From contig CBDCWC010000002.1 in assembly GCA_965223295.1 (NCBI GenBank), forward strand, positions 1,472,001 to 1,536,000: DNA of 64,000 nt, in the 5' to 3' direction. Shown here piece by piece: positions 48,767 through 59,423 of this stretch. How positions within the stretch are numbered: the stretch's first letter is position 1; every line of letters starts with the position of its first letter. The position numbers were made by a program, and so were the translations under genes. The notes beneath the pieces were generated by a model. The model had not been told where the DNA came from. It did no database searches and worked only from the letters and a program-made list of their open reading frames with translations. This DNA is from Nitrospirales bacterium (GTDB taxonomy: Bacteria; Nitrospirota; Nitrospiria; Nitrospirales; UBA8639).

Positions 48767-49052
48767 CCAATTCAAAAATTGGTGCCACATTCTCCTTATT
48801 CGCGAATCCCCGCTCTTTTCTTTTAGCTCAAGATTCTTGTGCCCGATAAAGATAGGAACAGAGATCACGTAGAAATGCCGTTACGGCATCAGGAATGTTA
48901 TCAAACAGATCATTGTGCCTGAGAAACATCATTCTAGATTTTGCGGCAAATGAATAAAATTACCACTATATATAGTATTTTCCTCACAAGTTGGGTATAT
49001 TGGCGCGGTACGTCTAAAAATTACCCATTTATTGAAATGAAATAGGAGTTTC

Positions 49053-50915
49053 ATGAGCTATAAGAATATTGGGGATTACGGCATTATTGGAGATTTGCAT
49101 ACCATCGCCTTAGTTGGAATTGACGGCTCGATTGATTGGTGCTGCCTTCCACGGTTTGATTCACCTAGCATCTTTGGCGCGATTCTGGATCATAAAATTG
49201 GCGGGTTCTTTAAGATTGCCCCTGTACAAAAAGGGAACACTCGGCAAATGTATCTGCCGGAAACCAATATTCTCCTTACGCGTTTTCTTCAGCATGATGG
49301 TGTGGGAGAACTCACAGATTTCATGCCCGTGGAATCAGATGAAGCTGGATACCGCCCGCGCCGCCACCAAATTATCCGCACAATTTCGGTAGTTCGAGGT
49401 ACGGTGACCTTTCGTTTGGAATGTTCTCCGGCATTTAACTTTGGGCGTGACGCCCATGATATCGAGGTCCAACCCAAAGGCGTCATTTTTCAATCCGGAG
49501 ACCAATCGGTTGGATTAGTGAGTCCCATTCCTCTCAACACATGTGACGGTGCCGTCTCTCGCGAATTTACCGTTCAACAAGGGGAAAGCTTGACCTTCTT
49601 CTTAGAATATGTAGAAACCAAAAATGGCCAGCCTTTGCTCTCCACCCCTGAATCCGGCGAAGAAGCTTTTCGCAATACTTCGGCTTTTTGGCAACGCTGG
49701 CTCTCGCAATGCCAATATGATGGACGATGGCGGGAAGTGGTTCACCGCTCCGCCCTGACGCTTAAACTCCTGACGTACGCGCCAACAGGCGCTATCGTCG
49801 CTGCTCCCACGACAAGTTTGCCGGAACATATTGGTGGCCCACGTAACTGGGATTACCGCTATACGTGGATCCGCGATTCGGCCTTTGCACTCTATGGGCT
49901 TTTACGGTTGGGCTTTACGGTGGAAGCGGGGCGGTTCATGGAATGGATTAACGCTCGCTGCCATGAACTGAATCCCGATGGATCCATTCAACTCATGTAT
50001 GGAATCGATGGGCGCCGCAACTTGGAAGAACAAGAACTCTCTCATCTAGACGGGCATCGTAGCTCGCGTCCCGTGCGCATCGGCAATGGCGCGGCAGGCC
50101 AATTACAAATGGACATGTATGGCGCGTTAATGGATGCCGTGTATCTCTACAATAAACATGGCGCCTCGATTTCTTATGACCTCTGGGACAATCTCTGCCG
50201 TCTCTTGGATTTTGTCTGTGACAACTGGGAACAACCGGATGAAGGCATTTGGGAAGTTCGGGGCGGGCGCCAACATTTTGTTTATTCCAAAGTGATGTGC
50301 TGGGTGGCATTAGACCGAGGCATTCGTTTGGCCGACAAACGCGGATTCCCGGGCAACCGTGCTCGGTGGATGACCGAACGTGACCGTATTTACCGGGAAA
50401 TCATGGATCGAGGCTGGAACGCCAAAATCGGCGCCTTCGTCCAATCATACGACGGCGAGGCCTTGGATGCCGCTAATTTGATCATGCCCTTGGTCTTTTT
50501 TGTCTCGCCCACCGACCCACGCATGCTTTCGACCATCGACCGCACTTTGGAACAGTTAGCTCTGGGAAGCCTCGTCTATCGCTACGACACCAATACCGCT
50601 GCCGCCGATGGTTTGGAAGGTGAAGAAGGGACCTTTAGCATGTGTACCTTTTGGTTAGTCGAAGCTCTCACCAAAGCCGGTCGATTGACCGAAGCAAGAC
50701 TGATCTTTGAAAAGATGTTAAGCTATGCTAATCATCTTCGTTTATATGCCGAGGAGGTCTCACATTCCGGTGAGCAGTTGGGCAACTTTCCACAGGCATT
50801 TACCCATTTTGGGCTTATCACCGCCGCCTGTAATTTAGACTTGGCGCTCAATACGAAACGAGCCGCCCACACTGTCGCCCGCCGGAATCGACCCGCTCCG
50901 TATTCATCGCACTAA
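49053..50915 (+). CDS. Glycoside hydrolase family 15 (trehalase/glucoamylase-like)
   Basis: GAIVAAPTTSLPE, RNWDYRYTWIRD, DEGIWEVRG, LYAEE, GNFPQAFTH. Confidence 0.95.
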   Translation: MSYKNIGDYGIIGDLHTIALVGIDGSIDWCCLPRFDSPSIFGAILDHKIGGFFKIAPVQKGNTRQMYLPETNILLTRFLQHDGVGELTDFMPVESDEAGYRPRRHQIIRTISVVRGTVTFRLECSPAFNFGRDAHDIEVQPKGVIFQSGDQSVGLVSPIPLNTCDGAVSREFTVQQGESLTFFLEYVETKNGQPLLSTPESGEEAFRNTSAFWQRWLSQCQYDGRWREVVHRSALTLKLLTYAPTGAIVAAPTTSLPEHIGGPRNWDYRYTWIRDSAFALYGLLRLGFTVEAGRFMEWINARCHELNPDGSIQLMYGIDGRRNLEEQELSHLDGHRSSRPVRIGNGAAGQLQMDMYGALMDAVYLYNKHGASISYDLWDNLCRLLDFVCDNWEQPDEGIWEVRGGRQHFVYSKVMCWVALDRGIRLADKRGFPGNRARWMTERDRIYREIMDRGWNAKIGAFVQSYDGEALDAANLIMPLVFFVSPTDPRMLSTIDRTLEQLALGSLVYRYDTNTAAADGLEGEEGTFSMCTFWLVEALTKAGRLTEARLIFEKMLSYANHLRLYAEEVSHSGEQLGNFPQAFTHFGLITAACNLDLALNTKRAAHTVARRNRPAPYSSH

Positions 50916-50977
50916 TTGTTACCCGTTCCCTGACCGACAAGATAGAGAGAAGTCGTTCTAACCCAAGGAGGGATGCA

Positions 50978-51871
50978 ATGGATATTGGATTTATCGGACT
51001 CGGCAAAATGGGCATGAATATGGTTACGCGCTTGACCCAGGGTGGGCATCGCGTTGTGGCGTTCGACCGATCGACAGACCTCATTACACAAGCCGAGGGC
51101 ATTGGCGCAACCGGCGCCACATCACTCGAAGACCTTGTCGCGAAACTCCCGCAACCCCGCGCGGTCTGGGTCATGGTGCCTTCTGGCGCACCCACCGAAG
51201 ACACGATCCGGCATTTGTGGTCTATTCTGGATAAAGGAGACCTTGTCATTGATGGCGGCAATTCCAAATTCCATGATGATGTTCGTCGTGCTGCAGATTT
51301 AAGCAAACGCGAGATTGATTATGTCGATGCTGGAACCAGTGGCGGTATTTGGGGCCTGCAGATTGGCTATTGTTTAATGGTCGGCGGTGAAAAGGGACCG
51401 GTCAATCGGCTTAAACCCATTTTCACAACGCTCGCTCCGCCTAATGGCTGGGCGCATGTGGGCGGCGTCGGTGCAGGGCATTATGTCAAAATGGTCCATA
51501 ACGGCATTGAATATAGCATCATGCAGGGATACGCAGAGGGTTTTGAGCTTATGTCCAAGTCTGATTACAATTTGGACCTTCACCGGATTGCCGACCTTTG
51601 GATGCAAGGCAGCGTCATCCGCTCGTGGCTTTTGGAATTGGCTGTTGGCGAACTCAAAGAAGACCCCAAACTGGACAAACTCAAAGGTTATGTCCAAGAT
51701 TCTGGTGAAGGGCGCTGGATGCTCATGGAGGCCTTGGATAAGGACGTACCTGTTCCCACTCTTTCAAGCGCCTTGTTCACTCGATTTCGTTCCCGACAGG
51801 ATGAATCGTTTTCTGAAAAAATGCTGGCCGCCTTACGCAATGCCTTTGGCGGGCATAGCGTAAAGCGATAA
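50978..51871 (+). CDS. gnd: 6-phosphogluconate dehydrogenase, decarboxylating (short type)
   Basis: GLGKMG, IDGGNS, DAGTSGG, KMVHNGIEY, DSGEGRW, LRNAFGGH. Confidence 0.95.
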   Translation: MDIGFIGLGKMGMNMVTRLTQGGHRVVAFDRSTDLITQAEGIGATGATSLEDLVAKLPQPRAVWVMVPSGAPTEDTIRHLWSILDKGDLVIDGGNSKFHDDVRRAADLSKREIDYVDAGTSGGIWGLQIGYCLMVGGEKGPVNRLKPIFTTLAPPNGWAHVGGVGAGHYVKMVHNGIEYSIMQGYAEGFELMSKSDYNLDLHRIADLWMQGSVIRSWLLELAVGELKEDPKLDKLKGYVQDSGEGRWMLMEALDKDVPVPTLSSALFTRFRSRQDESFSEKMLAALRNAFGGHSVKR

Positions 51872-51891
51872 CCCAATTTCCGAGGTGCCAC

Positions 51892-53433
51892 ATGTCCCCG
51901 TCTAACGCCACAACCGACCCTGCCACTTCACCCCGCACCACTTCTGCTCAGCCGTGCACCATCGTTATCTTCGGGGCGTCGGGTGACCTGACACGTCGGA
52001 AATTATTGCCGGCCCTCTATAATTTGCTAGTGGATGGCTTATTGCCTGAAAATTTTGCAGTTTTAGGGTTAGGCCGCAAAGATCTTTCGGATGACGATTT
52101 CCGGGGAATTGCCAAGAATGGCATTGAACAGTTTTCCCGGCAAACTCTTCAACCGGACATCTGGGAAAAGTTTCACACCCGGCTCTTTTATTGCGCCGGG
52201 AACATCAGCGCCAACGAGTATTATGCGACAATTCGTGACCGTCTCAAAGCCATTGAAACGCCATTCAACCTACCAGGCAATCGCATTTTTTATTTAGCCA
52301 TTCCGCCCGGCTCTTTTGCGCCCGCCTGCGAAGGTCTGCATCGTGTAGGACTGGTATCACTCACCGAGACATCGAAAACCTATTCCCGAGTCATTGTGGA
52401 AAAGCCCATTGGCCATGATTTGGCCTCCGCGAAAACCATTAATACCGCTATCGGCAATGTATTTGAAGAATCACAAATTTATCGCATCGACCATTATCTT
52501 GGAAAAGAAACCGTCCAAAATATCATGGTAATGCGGTTTGCCAATTCCATTTTTGAACCCTTGTGGAATCATAAATACATCGATCACGTGCAACTGACCG
52601 TGAGCGAAGCCGTGACGTTAGGCAGCCGCGCGGCCTACTACGAAGGGGCTGGGGCCCTTCGCGACATGATTCAAAATCATATTCTCCAATTGTTATGTCT
52701 CATCGCTATGGAACCGCCCTATTCTCTTGATCCGGATGTCGTCCGCAACGCACGCATGGATGTCCTGCGTGGATTACGCCCGATTCGCGGGAAAGAAGTG
52801 GAAGAGATGACGGTCCGCGCCCAATATGCCCACGGCACAATCAACGGACAAGAAGTCCCGGGTTATCGGCGCGAGGAAGGCGTCAAACCCGATTCCACCA
52901 CCGAAACTTATGTGGCGTTAAAAGTCTTTGTAGAAAATTGGCGTTGGGCAGGCGTACCATTTTTCATTCGTACTGGAAAAGCCATGACCAAACGAGCTTC
53001 GGAGATTGCTGTCCAGTTTAAGGAAATTCCACAAATATTGTTTAATGCCAATCCTAAAATCCCCCAGGCACCGAATGTGCTGAAGTTACGCATTCAGCCA
53101 GAAGAAGGTTTGTCGTTACGGGTGATTTCCAAAGTCCCCGGCACGAAAGCTCATACGCATCCGGTGGAGATGGATTTTCAATATGGAGATGCGTTTGATG
53201 CGCCTTCACCCGAAGCCTATGAACGCCTGTTGTTGGACGTGATGACTGGTGATGCCTCCCTCTTTATGCGACGAGACGCGGTAGAAGCCTCATGGGCCTG
53301 GGTCAATGATATCTTAGAAGGCTGGAGCACCCATGGACACAAATGGTTGCCGGAATATCAGGCCGGTACGTGGGGACCGATAGAAGCTGACCGCCTCATT
53401 CAGGCCGACGGCCATCATTGGCGTGAAGTGTAA
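51892..53433 (+). CDS. zwf: Glucose-6-phosphate 1-dehydrogenase
   Basis: GASGDL, EKPIG, RIDHYLGKE, RWAGVPFFIRTGK. Confidence 0.97.
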   Translation: MSPSNATTDPATSPRTTSAQPCTIVIFGASGDLTRRKLLPALYNLLVDGLLPENFAVLGLGRKDLSDDDFRGIAKNGIEQFSRQTLQPDIWEKFHTRLFYCAGNISANEYYATIRDRLKAIETPFNLPGNRIFYLAIPPGSFAPACEGLHRVGLVSLTETSKTYSRVIVEKPIGHDLASAKTINTAIGNVFEESQIYRIDHYLGKETVQNIMVMRFANSIFEPLWNHKYIDHVQLTVSEAVTLGSRAAYYEGAGALRDMIQNHILQLLCLIAMEPPYSLDPDVVRNARMDVLRGLRPIRGKEVEEMTVRAQYAHGTINGQEVPGYRREEGVKPDSTTETYVALKVFVENWRWAGVPFFIRTGKAMTKRASEIAVQFKEIPQILFNANPKIPQAPNVLKLRIQPEEGLSLRVISKVPGTKAHTHPVEMDFQYGDAFDAPSPEAYERLLLDVMTGDASLFMRRDAVEASWAWVNDILEGWSTHGHKWLPEYQAGTWGPIEADRLIQADGHHWREV

Positions 53434-53480
53434 GACTTCCGCTCCTTCCCCAGATAGACATATTTCTCTTGCTCGCAATC

Positions 53481-53502
53481 AAATGGTGTCAGGAACCTTT
53501 TT
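53481..53502. repeat. Single REP-like unit aaatggtgtcaggaaccttttt
   Basis: A short imperfect palindrome between convergent genes; one copy only in this window. Confidence 0.4.
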
Positions 53503-53665
53503 ATAAAGAGCGGACTTAAAAAAGACTCGCTCTAGGTTATTCTAGAGGAATACTTCCAATGACGACGAGTCAAGACATAAGGAATGGTGTGACTCAGAGG
53601 CAAAGCTTTCTCTCTATTGTTGCATCTCATGTAGGAACAAAACCGTAATGTAGTCTCTTCTCTAT

Positions 53666-56527
53666 TCAATGTGCAGCGACACAGAGAGCAGATTCGATGG
53701 CTTGCTCGAGACGGGTGAGACCCTTGATGACATCTGATCCAAGGTGAACACGAATAACGCGTCGACTTTTGGCCGTCAGACTTTGCAAATCACCTAAGGC
53801 TTGTGCCGCTTTGAGGACGCCAAAGGTATAGGATTCATCTGGAATTGCAAGATCTTCCGCATCATCAGCTGTCACTTGAATAAAGACGCCGGAGTTGGGA
53901 CCGCCTTTGTGAAGTTGCCCGGTGGAGTGAAGGAAGCGCGGCCCATAACCTAGCGTGGTAGCAACCTGCTTGGTCTCACGGATTTTTGTACGAATGCGGT
54001 CAAAAATGGCATGAACTGCATCTGTCCGCTCTACATAGACATTCATGGCAAAGTAATCTCCAGCCTGCAGACGGATGACATGCGCGGCAATAAGATCGTC
54101 TAATGAAGAGCTTCCTTTAAGAGCTTGTTGGTTGGACTCATCAGCAAAAACTTGCACATCGCCATCAATGAGAAGAGGAGACGTTTCTACAAGTCTGCCC
54201 TCTTTCTTGAATGTTTCAAGGTGAGCTTTGGTGTAGTCCTTACTCTCTTGGACGTTGGGTTGATCGAACGCATTGATGCCTAACATGGCCCCAGCCACTG
54301 CCGTCGCCATTTCCCACAAGAAAAATTCCTGCCCGAGATTCAACAAGTCAGCCGTTTGAATGCGAATCACTAGATGGCCTGCCTGCTCCAAAGCCGTCAC
54401 AGCCTCGTCTTGGTGGGCATCAACTCCTTGTTCATATCGAATATAGACAAAGACTCGGTCTTGACCATACACCTCGGGCGTACCAACAGATTCGCCTTCT
54501 ACAGGGACAATGCCTTGGCCTTCTTTTCCAGTACTTTCTGCCACCAATTGCTCCAGCCAGGCCCCAAGGTCCCAGAGTGCTGGTGAGGTGATAAAGGTCA
54601 GCTTATCTCGCCCTGCTTTCGCCAAGGTTCCTAACACAGTGCCCAAATATGCCCCTGGATTTTCCTTGGCTGGAACCGAGGCGCCACATGAATGGCGCAT
54701 ACGTTCAGCCTGGTAGAGAAACCGTTCAATATTCAGCCCCATGAACGCAGCCGGAACAATACCAAAATTTGAGAGTGCCGAATACCGTCCTCCAATTTCA
54801 GGAACACCAGGCAAAATATGCCGAAATCCTAATTCCTTTGCCACACCTTCGAGCAACGAACCTGGATCCGTAATCGCCACAAAATGCTGACCCGCCTTTT
54901 CCCCTACCACTTGACGCATCCGCTCAAAAAAGTATTTCTGAAAGACAAGAGGTTCGGTCGTTGAACCAGATTTACTGGCCACAATGCATAGGGTCGCAGC
55001 TAAATCTCCGAGTTCTTCAAATGCGCGAACTTGAGAAGGCACGGTACTGTCCAGAACATGCAATTCAGGATAGCCCTCAATGATGCCATAAGTCATCCGC
55101 AAAACTTCCGGACACAGACTACTGCCTCCCATTCCTAGCAGGAGGATACGCTTGAATCCCCCGCTTTTAATTTCTTGTGCCAGCACTTGGAGTTGAACAA
55201 TCATGGGAAGCTGTTCTTCGGAAATGCTCAACCAGCCCAGCGCTTGACGGATAATATTCTGATGGTCTGGGTTCTGATGCCACACGGTGGGATCCTTTTG
55301 CCAAATCCGGCGAACAATATCGTTCTTTTGGACACCTGCAAGCGCCTCGTCAACTGGCTCCTGCCAGGGCCCAAGCGCATAGGTGACACGATCGAGTTCG
55401 GTTCCTAAAACTTCGGCCCGCTTACGGCTGATCACACCCAATAATTGCTCAAAGGCGTCGACAAATAACTTCGCCCCATCACGCAACAGCGTATCGGTCA
55501 CATCTTTAATCGAAATCCCCACCTCGGCCAATTGCCGCATCGTGGCTTTCGCCTCATCAATATCTTTTTGAATCGTGTTCTCAACGGTGCCATTTTTTCG
55601 AAACGCCACAAATGTGGCTTCAGGCATCGTATTCACGGTGTCAGCCCCAATAAGCTGATCGACATAGAGCGTCTCCGGATAGCTTGGGTTTTTCGTACCC
55701 GTGCTAGCCCATAACACCCGCTGAACTCTCGCACCTTTCTCTTTCAAACTCTGAAACTCGTCGCTCTGCATTATTTCCTGGAATTTTTGATAAGCCAATT
55801 TGGCATTGGCAATCGCCACTTTTCCTCGAAGACTTTCAAGAACGTTGCGCCGACCAGCATGTGATTCTACTTTAATTTTCTCTTCAAGCTGTTTATCAAT
55901 CAGACTGTCGATCCGACTCACAAAAAAACTCGCGACGGAAGCCACTTGCCGGACATCTCCTCCATTACGAGCTAACCGCTCTAACCCACGTATGTACCGC
56001 CACGCCACTTGTTCGTACATCTCCACACTAAATAACAGAGTGACATTAATATTGATCCCGCGTGATAAGAGTTCCTCAATGGCCGGCAACCCTTCAACGG
56101 TCCCCGGCACTTTAATCATGACATTCTTTCGGTCCACCATTTCATACAATCGCACAGCTTCTTCTATCGTTCCCCCCGTATCAAACGCCAAATGTGGTGA
56201 GACTTCCAAACTCACATACCCGTCTTGTCCATTTGTACGCTCATACACCACCCACATGACATCTGCCGCATCTTGGATATCTCGAATAGCAATCTGTTCA
56301 TACATCTGCTTGACACCAATGTACTCAGTGGCACCCTGCCTCAATGCATGATCGTAATCAGAACTTCCGGCAATCGCTTTTTCAAAAATAGCCGGATTCG
56401 AGGTCATTCCCATCAGGCCGTCTTGATCAACCAACGCTTGCAACTGGCCCGAAGTAATTAACCCACGACGGATATAGTCATACCAAGGGCTTTGCCCCAA
56501 TTCGCGAAGTTGAATCAGAGGATTCAT
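53666..56527 (-). CDS. tal-pgi: Bifunctional transaldolase/glucose-6-phosphate isomerase
   Basis: N-terminal GQSPWYD, TSNPAIF, MIKVPGT, ASFFVSRID and WASTGTK; C-terminal GMGGSSL, SKSGST, GGRYS, EQLVAESTGK, FDQPNV and HSTGQLHKGG. Confidence 0.95.
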   Translation of the reverse strand: MNPLIQLRELGQSPWYDYIRRGLITSGQLQALVDQDGLMGMTSNPAIFEKAIAGSSDYDHALRQGATEYIGVKQMYEQIAIRDIQDAADVMWVVYERTNGQDGYVSLEVSPHLAFDTGGTIEEAVRLYEMVDRKNVMIKVPGTVEGLPAIEELLSRGININVTLLFSVEMYEQVAWRYIRGLERLARNGGDVRQVASVASFFVSRIDSLIDKQLEEKIKVESHAGRRNVLESLRGKVAIANAKLAYQKFQEIMQSDEFQSLKEKGARVQRVLWASTGTKNPSYPETLYVDQLIGADTVNTMPEATFVAFRKNGTVENTIQKDIDEAKATMRQLAEVGISIKDVTDTLLRDGAKLFVDAFEQLLGVISRKRAEVLGTELDRVTYALGPWQEPVDEALAGVQKNDIVRRIWQKDPTVWHQNPDHQNIIRQALGWLSISEEQLPMIVQLQVLAQEIKSGGFKRILLLGMGGSSLCPEVLRMTYGIIEGYPELHVLDSTVPSQVRAFEELGDLAATLCIVASKSGSTTEPLVFQKYFFERMRQVVGEKAGQHFVAITDPGSLLEGVAKELGFRHILPGVPEIGGRYSALSNFGIVPAAFMGLNIERFLYQAERMRHSCGASVPAKENPGAYLGTVLGTLAKAGRDKLTFITSPALWDLGAWLEQLVAESTGKEGQGIVPVEGESVGTPEVYGQDRVFVYIRYEQGVDAHQDEAVTALEQAGHLVIRIQTADLLNLGQEFFLWEMATAVAGAMLGINAFDQPNVQESKDYTKAHLETFKKEGRLVETSPLLIDGDVQVFADESNQQALKGSSSLDDLIAAHVIRLQAGDYFAMNVYVERTDAVHAIFDRIRTKIRETKQVATTLGYGPRFLHSTGQLHKGGPNSGVFIQVTADDAEDLAIPDESYTFGVLKAAQALGDLQSLTAKSRRVIRVHLGSDVIKGLTRLEQAIESALCVAAH

Positions 56528-56710
56528 AGTATAGTCTTCCTTGTGAAAAGTGATTTCGTGTCCATGAAAATCAGAATCGCTTATTTCCTATACGGTCTCT
56601 GGCTTCACAATGACCATCTTCCCTGATTCTCTCCCAGCCAGAGTTTCTGTTCTATCTATTATATCGTGTTGAGGCCCAGAATGCTTCTCTTCTTTCTCTC
56701 TTTTTTCTGA

Positions 56711-59008
56711 CTAATGGGAAATTTGAGATTGTTCAACCTGGGCTTTCGCCGCCTGCACAACATGTTCTACCGTAAAACCAAATTTTTTCTGGAGTTCTTT
56801 GAGGGGGGCAGATGCGCCAAACGAAGACATCCCAATCACATACCCAGTTAATCCCACATAACGATCCCATCCAAATGTTGATGCCTGCTCTACTCCCACT
56901 CTGGCTGTGACATGGGGAGGCAAAACCCCATCACGATAGTCCTGATCCTGCCGTTCGTATAGTTCCCATGAAGGCAAACTGACCACTCGACTTTTGATGC
57001 CCTGCTGCTGCAACTGTTCATGCGCTCCGATACAAAGCGCAACCTCGCTTCCTGTCCCAATTAAGATCACCTCAGGTCGGCCGTCTGGTGTGTCTGCCAA
57101 CACATAGCCACCCTTCGCCACCCCTGCAGCAGAAGCATAGCGCCCTCGATCTAAGGTCGGGACTGCCTGGCGCGTCAATATTAATGCGACAGGTTCATGT
57201 TGCAACTGCATAATCACTTTCCAGGCCTCCACAATTTCGTTGGCGTCACCTGGACGAAATGTGATGAGTCCAGGAATTGCGCGTAACCCAGCTAGTTGCT
57301 CAATAGGCTGATGCGTCGGGCCATCTTCTCCAACCCCTATGGAATCATGCGTAAAAATATGAATAACCGGAATCTCCATCAGTGCACTTAACCGGATAGC
57401 CGGCTTGGCATAGTCACTAAATATGAGAAATCCTGAGCCATAAGGCCGGGCCTTGGACACTGACAATCCGTTCAAAATGGATCCCATCGCATGCTCACGC
57501 ACTCCAAAATGCATATTTCGTCCATCAGGGGTCTGAGGTGAAAAATCGCCTGCCCCTTCGAAGGTTAACCGGGTTTTGGTGGAGGGAGCCAAATCCGCTG
57601 CCCCTCCGATTAACCAGGGAACCTGTTGTGCCAAACAATTCAGCACTTTTCCAGAAGCCTCACGCCCTGCTACGCCTTTTGCATCGGAAGGAAATGTCGG
57701 TAAGCCTTGATCCCAGGTCTCGGGCAATTGCCGAAACTGCATTCTAATTAATTGGTCTGCCAGATCGGGGTATTTGGCCTGATATTGTCCAAAGGAGTCG
57801 ATCCATTCCTCCTGAAGCAGTTTTCCCCGTTTGCAGATACCCTGACCAAAGTGCCCTGGCACCTCCGGAGGAATCAGAAATTGTGCATCCTCGGGCCATC
57901 CATAGTTTCGCTTGGTCAGACGGATTTCCTCTTCGCCAAGTGGCTCACCATGCGCGCCATGAGTATCCTGCTTATGTGGCGCTCCATAACCAATATGGCT
58001 ATCCACAATGATGAGCGTGGGACGCTCCTGTTCTTGATGAAACGTGTGGAATGCCCGATCCAACATTTCCAGATCATTGGCATCCGCCACTCGCGTCACA
58101 TTCCAGCCATAGGCCATAAATCGCGTGGCAACATCCTCACTAAAGGCTAATTGGGTGTTCCCTTCAATGGTAATTTTATTGTTATCATAGATCCAACATA
58201 AGTTAGAGAGCTTTTGATGCCCGGCTAGCGAGGCGGCTTCCGATGCGACCCCTTCCATCAAACAACCATCGCCACAAAGCGCGTACACATTGTAGGTAAA
58301 CATGGGAAAATCTGGTCGGTTGAAATAGCCCGCCGTCCAACGTTGCGCCATGGCCATGCCCACACTCGTCGCGACTCCCTGCCCTAGAGGCCCCGTTGTC
58401 GTTTCAATACCGGACGTCCAGCGATATTCAGGGTGCCCTGGGCACTTGCTCTCCAGTTGACGAAATCGCTTGATATCGTCCATCGTGACCGCAAGATGCC
58501 CCACTTGCTCATAGTGAGCATCCACAGCTTTGACACCACACAAATGCAGTAACGAATAGAGCAACATCGAGGCATGTCCGGCAGATAGTACAAACCGGTC
58601 CCGGTCCGACCACAACGGTGATTCGGGATCAAACCGCAGCACACGATTCCACAGCCAATACACTACCGGCGCCAACGCCATCGGGGTACCGGGATGTCCG
58701 GAATTGGCTGCTTGGACGGCATCCATGGCGAGCGTACGAATCGTATGAATGCACAGTTGATCTCGAGAGCGTTCCATGATGGAAGCCATGGAGGACTCAG
58801 AAGTTTTTTCTCCATTGCTTGAGGGCGAGAGCACTGGCTCTGTAACCTGGGATCGTTTAGAAACTTTGTTCGGTATCCTAATGCCTGACCCAACTGAAGT
58901 GGTCCCGGGTGATGAAGCATCTTTTTGCTCTACAACAGAAACCGGTTGTGAAGCTTCCTCCTTCTTAGGAGGCGGGTCCTTTTTCCTCTTCATAAATAAT
59001 CCACTCAT
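56711..59008 (-). CDS. tkt: Transketolase with a low-complexity N-terminal extension
   Basis: ANSGHPG, GHPEY, TTGPLGQG, GDGCLMEG, THDSIGVGEDGPTHQP, FGASAP. Confidence 0.96.
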   Translation of the reverse strand: MSGLFMKRKKDPPPKKEEASQPVSVVEQKDASSPGTTSVGSGIRIPNKVSKRSQVTEPVLSPSSNGEKTSESSMASIMERSRDQLCIHTIRTLAMDAVQAANSGHPGTPMALAPVVYWLWNRVLRFDPESPLWSDRDRFVLSAGHASMLLYSLLHLCGVKAVDAHYEQVGHLAVTMDDIKRFRQLESKCPGHPEYRWTSGIETTTGPLGQGVATSVGMAMAQRWTAGYFNRPDFPMFTYNVYALCGDGCLMEGVASEAASLAGHQKLSNLCWIYDNNKITIEGNTQLAFSEDVATRFMAYGWNVTRVADANDLEMLDRAFHTFHQEQERPTLIIVDSHIGYGAPHKQDTHGAHGEPLGEEEIRLTKRNYGWPEDAQFLIPPEVPGHFGQGICKRGKLLQEEWIDSFGQYQAKYPDLADQLIRMQFRQLPETWDQGLPTFPSDAKGVAGREASGKVLNCLAQQVPWLIGGAADLAPSTKTRLTFEGAGDFSPQTPDGRNMHFGVREHAMGSILNGLSVSKARPYGSGFLIFSDYAKPAIRLSALMEIPVIHIFTHDSIGVGEDGPTHQPIEQLAGLRAIPGLITFRPGDANEIVEAWKVIMQLQHEPVALILTRQAVPTLDRGRYASAAGVAKGGYVLADTPDGRPEVILIGTGSEVALCIGAHEQLQQQGIKSRVVSLPSWELYERQDQDYRDGVLPPHVTARVGVEQASTFGWDRYVGLTGYVIGMSSFGASAPLKELQKKFGFTVEHVVQAAKAQVEQSQISH

Positions 59009-59225
59009 TTGTTACTCCACCCTCGTATGTCAGCGTTTTTCCAAATCGGTGATAATTTCAGTTGAAAGAGCCAGGGGACATGCTATCCATTCTTTCTTTC
59101 GGTCAGTGAGAAGGCCAGCTTAATTGAAATATTTGGGTGGCAAGGTCTGTTGCTAGTTCTTGCCCACAATTTTTCTCTTTTCGGGATTTGCCAATTCTTT
59201 GAACCGGTGATTATGATTCTTCCTG

Positions 59226-59420
59226 ATGAAGGTTCGTCTTAGCCATCCTACCCGTGACCTTGAACTCCCAGGGCCCAAACGCGTGTCCGACATTTTCAAG
59301 GAACTTCAATTGATTCCTGAAGCCTTTTTGATCATTCGCGGTCAAGACCTCATGACCGAAGACGAAGTTGTGGCTGATGGAGATAGTATTGAAATTCGTC
59401 CTGTCATTTCTGGAGGGTAA
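59226..59420 (+). CDS. ttuB: ThiS/MoaD-family ubiquitin-like sulfur carrier (TtuB-like)
   Basis: 64 aa ending ISGG, directly upstream of a ttuA-like gene. Confidence 0.8.
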   Translation: MKVRLSHPTRDLELPGPKRVSDIFKELQLIPEAFLIIRGQDLMTEDEVVADGDSIEIRPVISGG

Positions 59421-59423
59421 CTC

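Noticed and set aside
7100-58920. Numerous 60-180 aa ORFs antisense to or nested in long genes (e.g. 7881-8405, 23847-24326, 33379-33915, 55800-56351)
   Set aside because: These are shadow ORFs of well-supported genes with no independent motifs.
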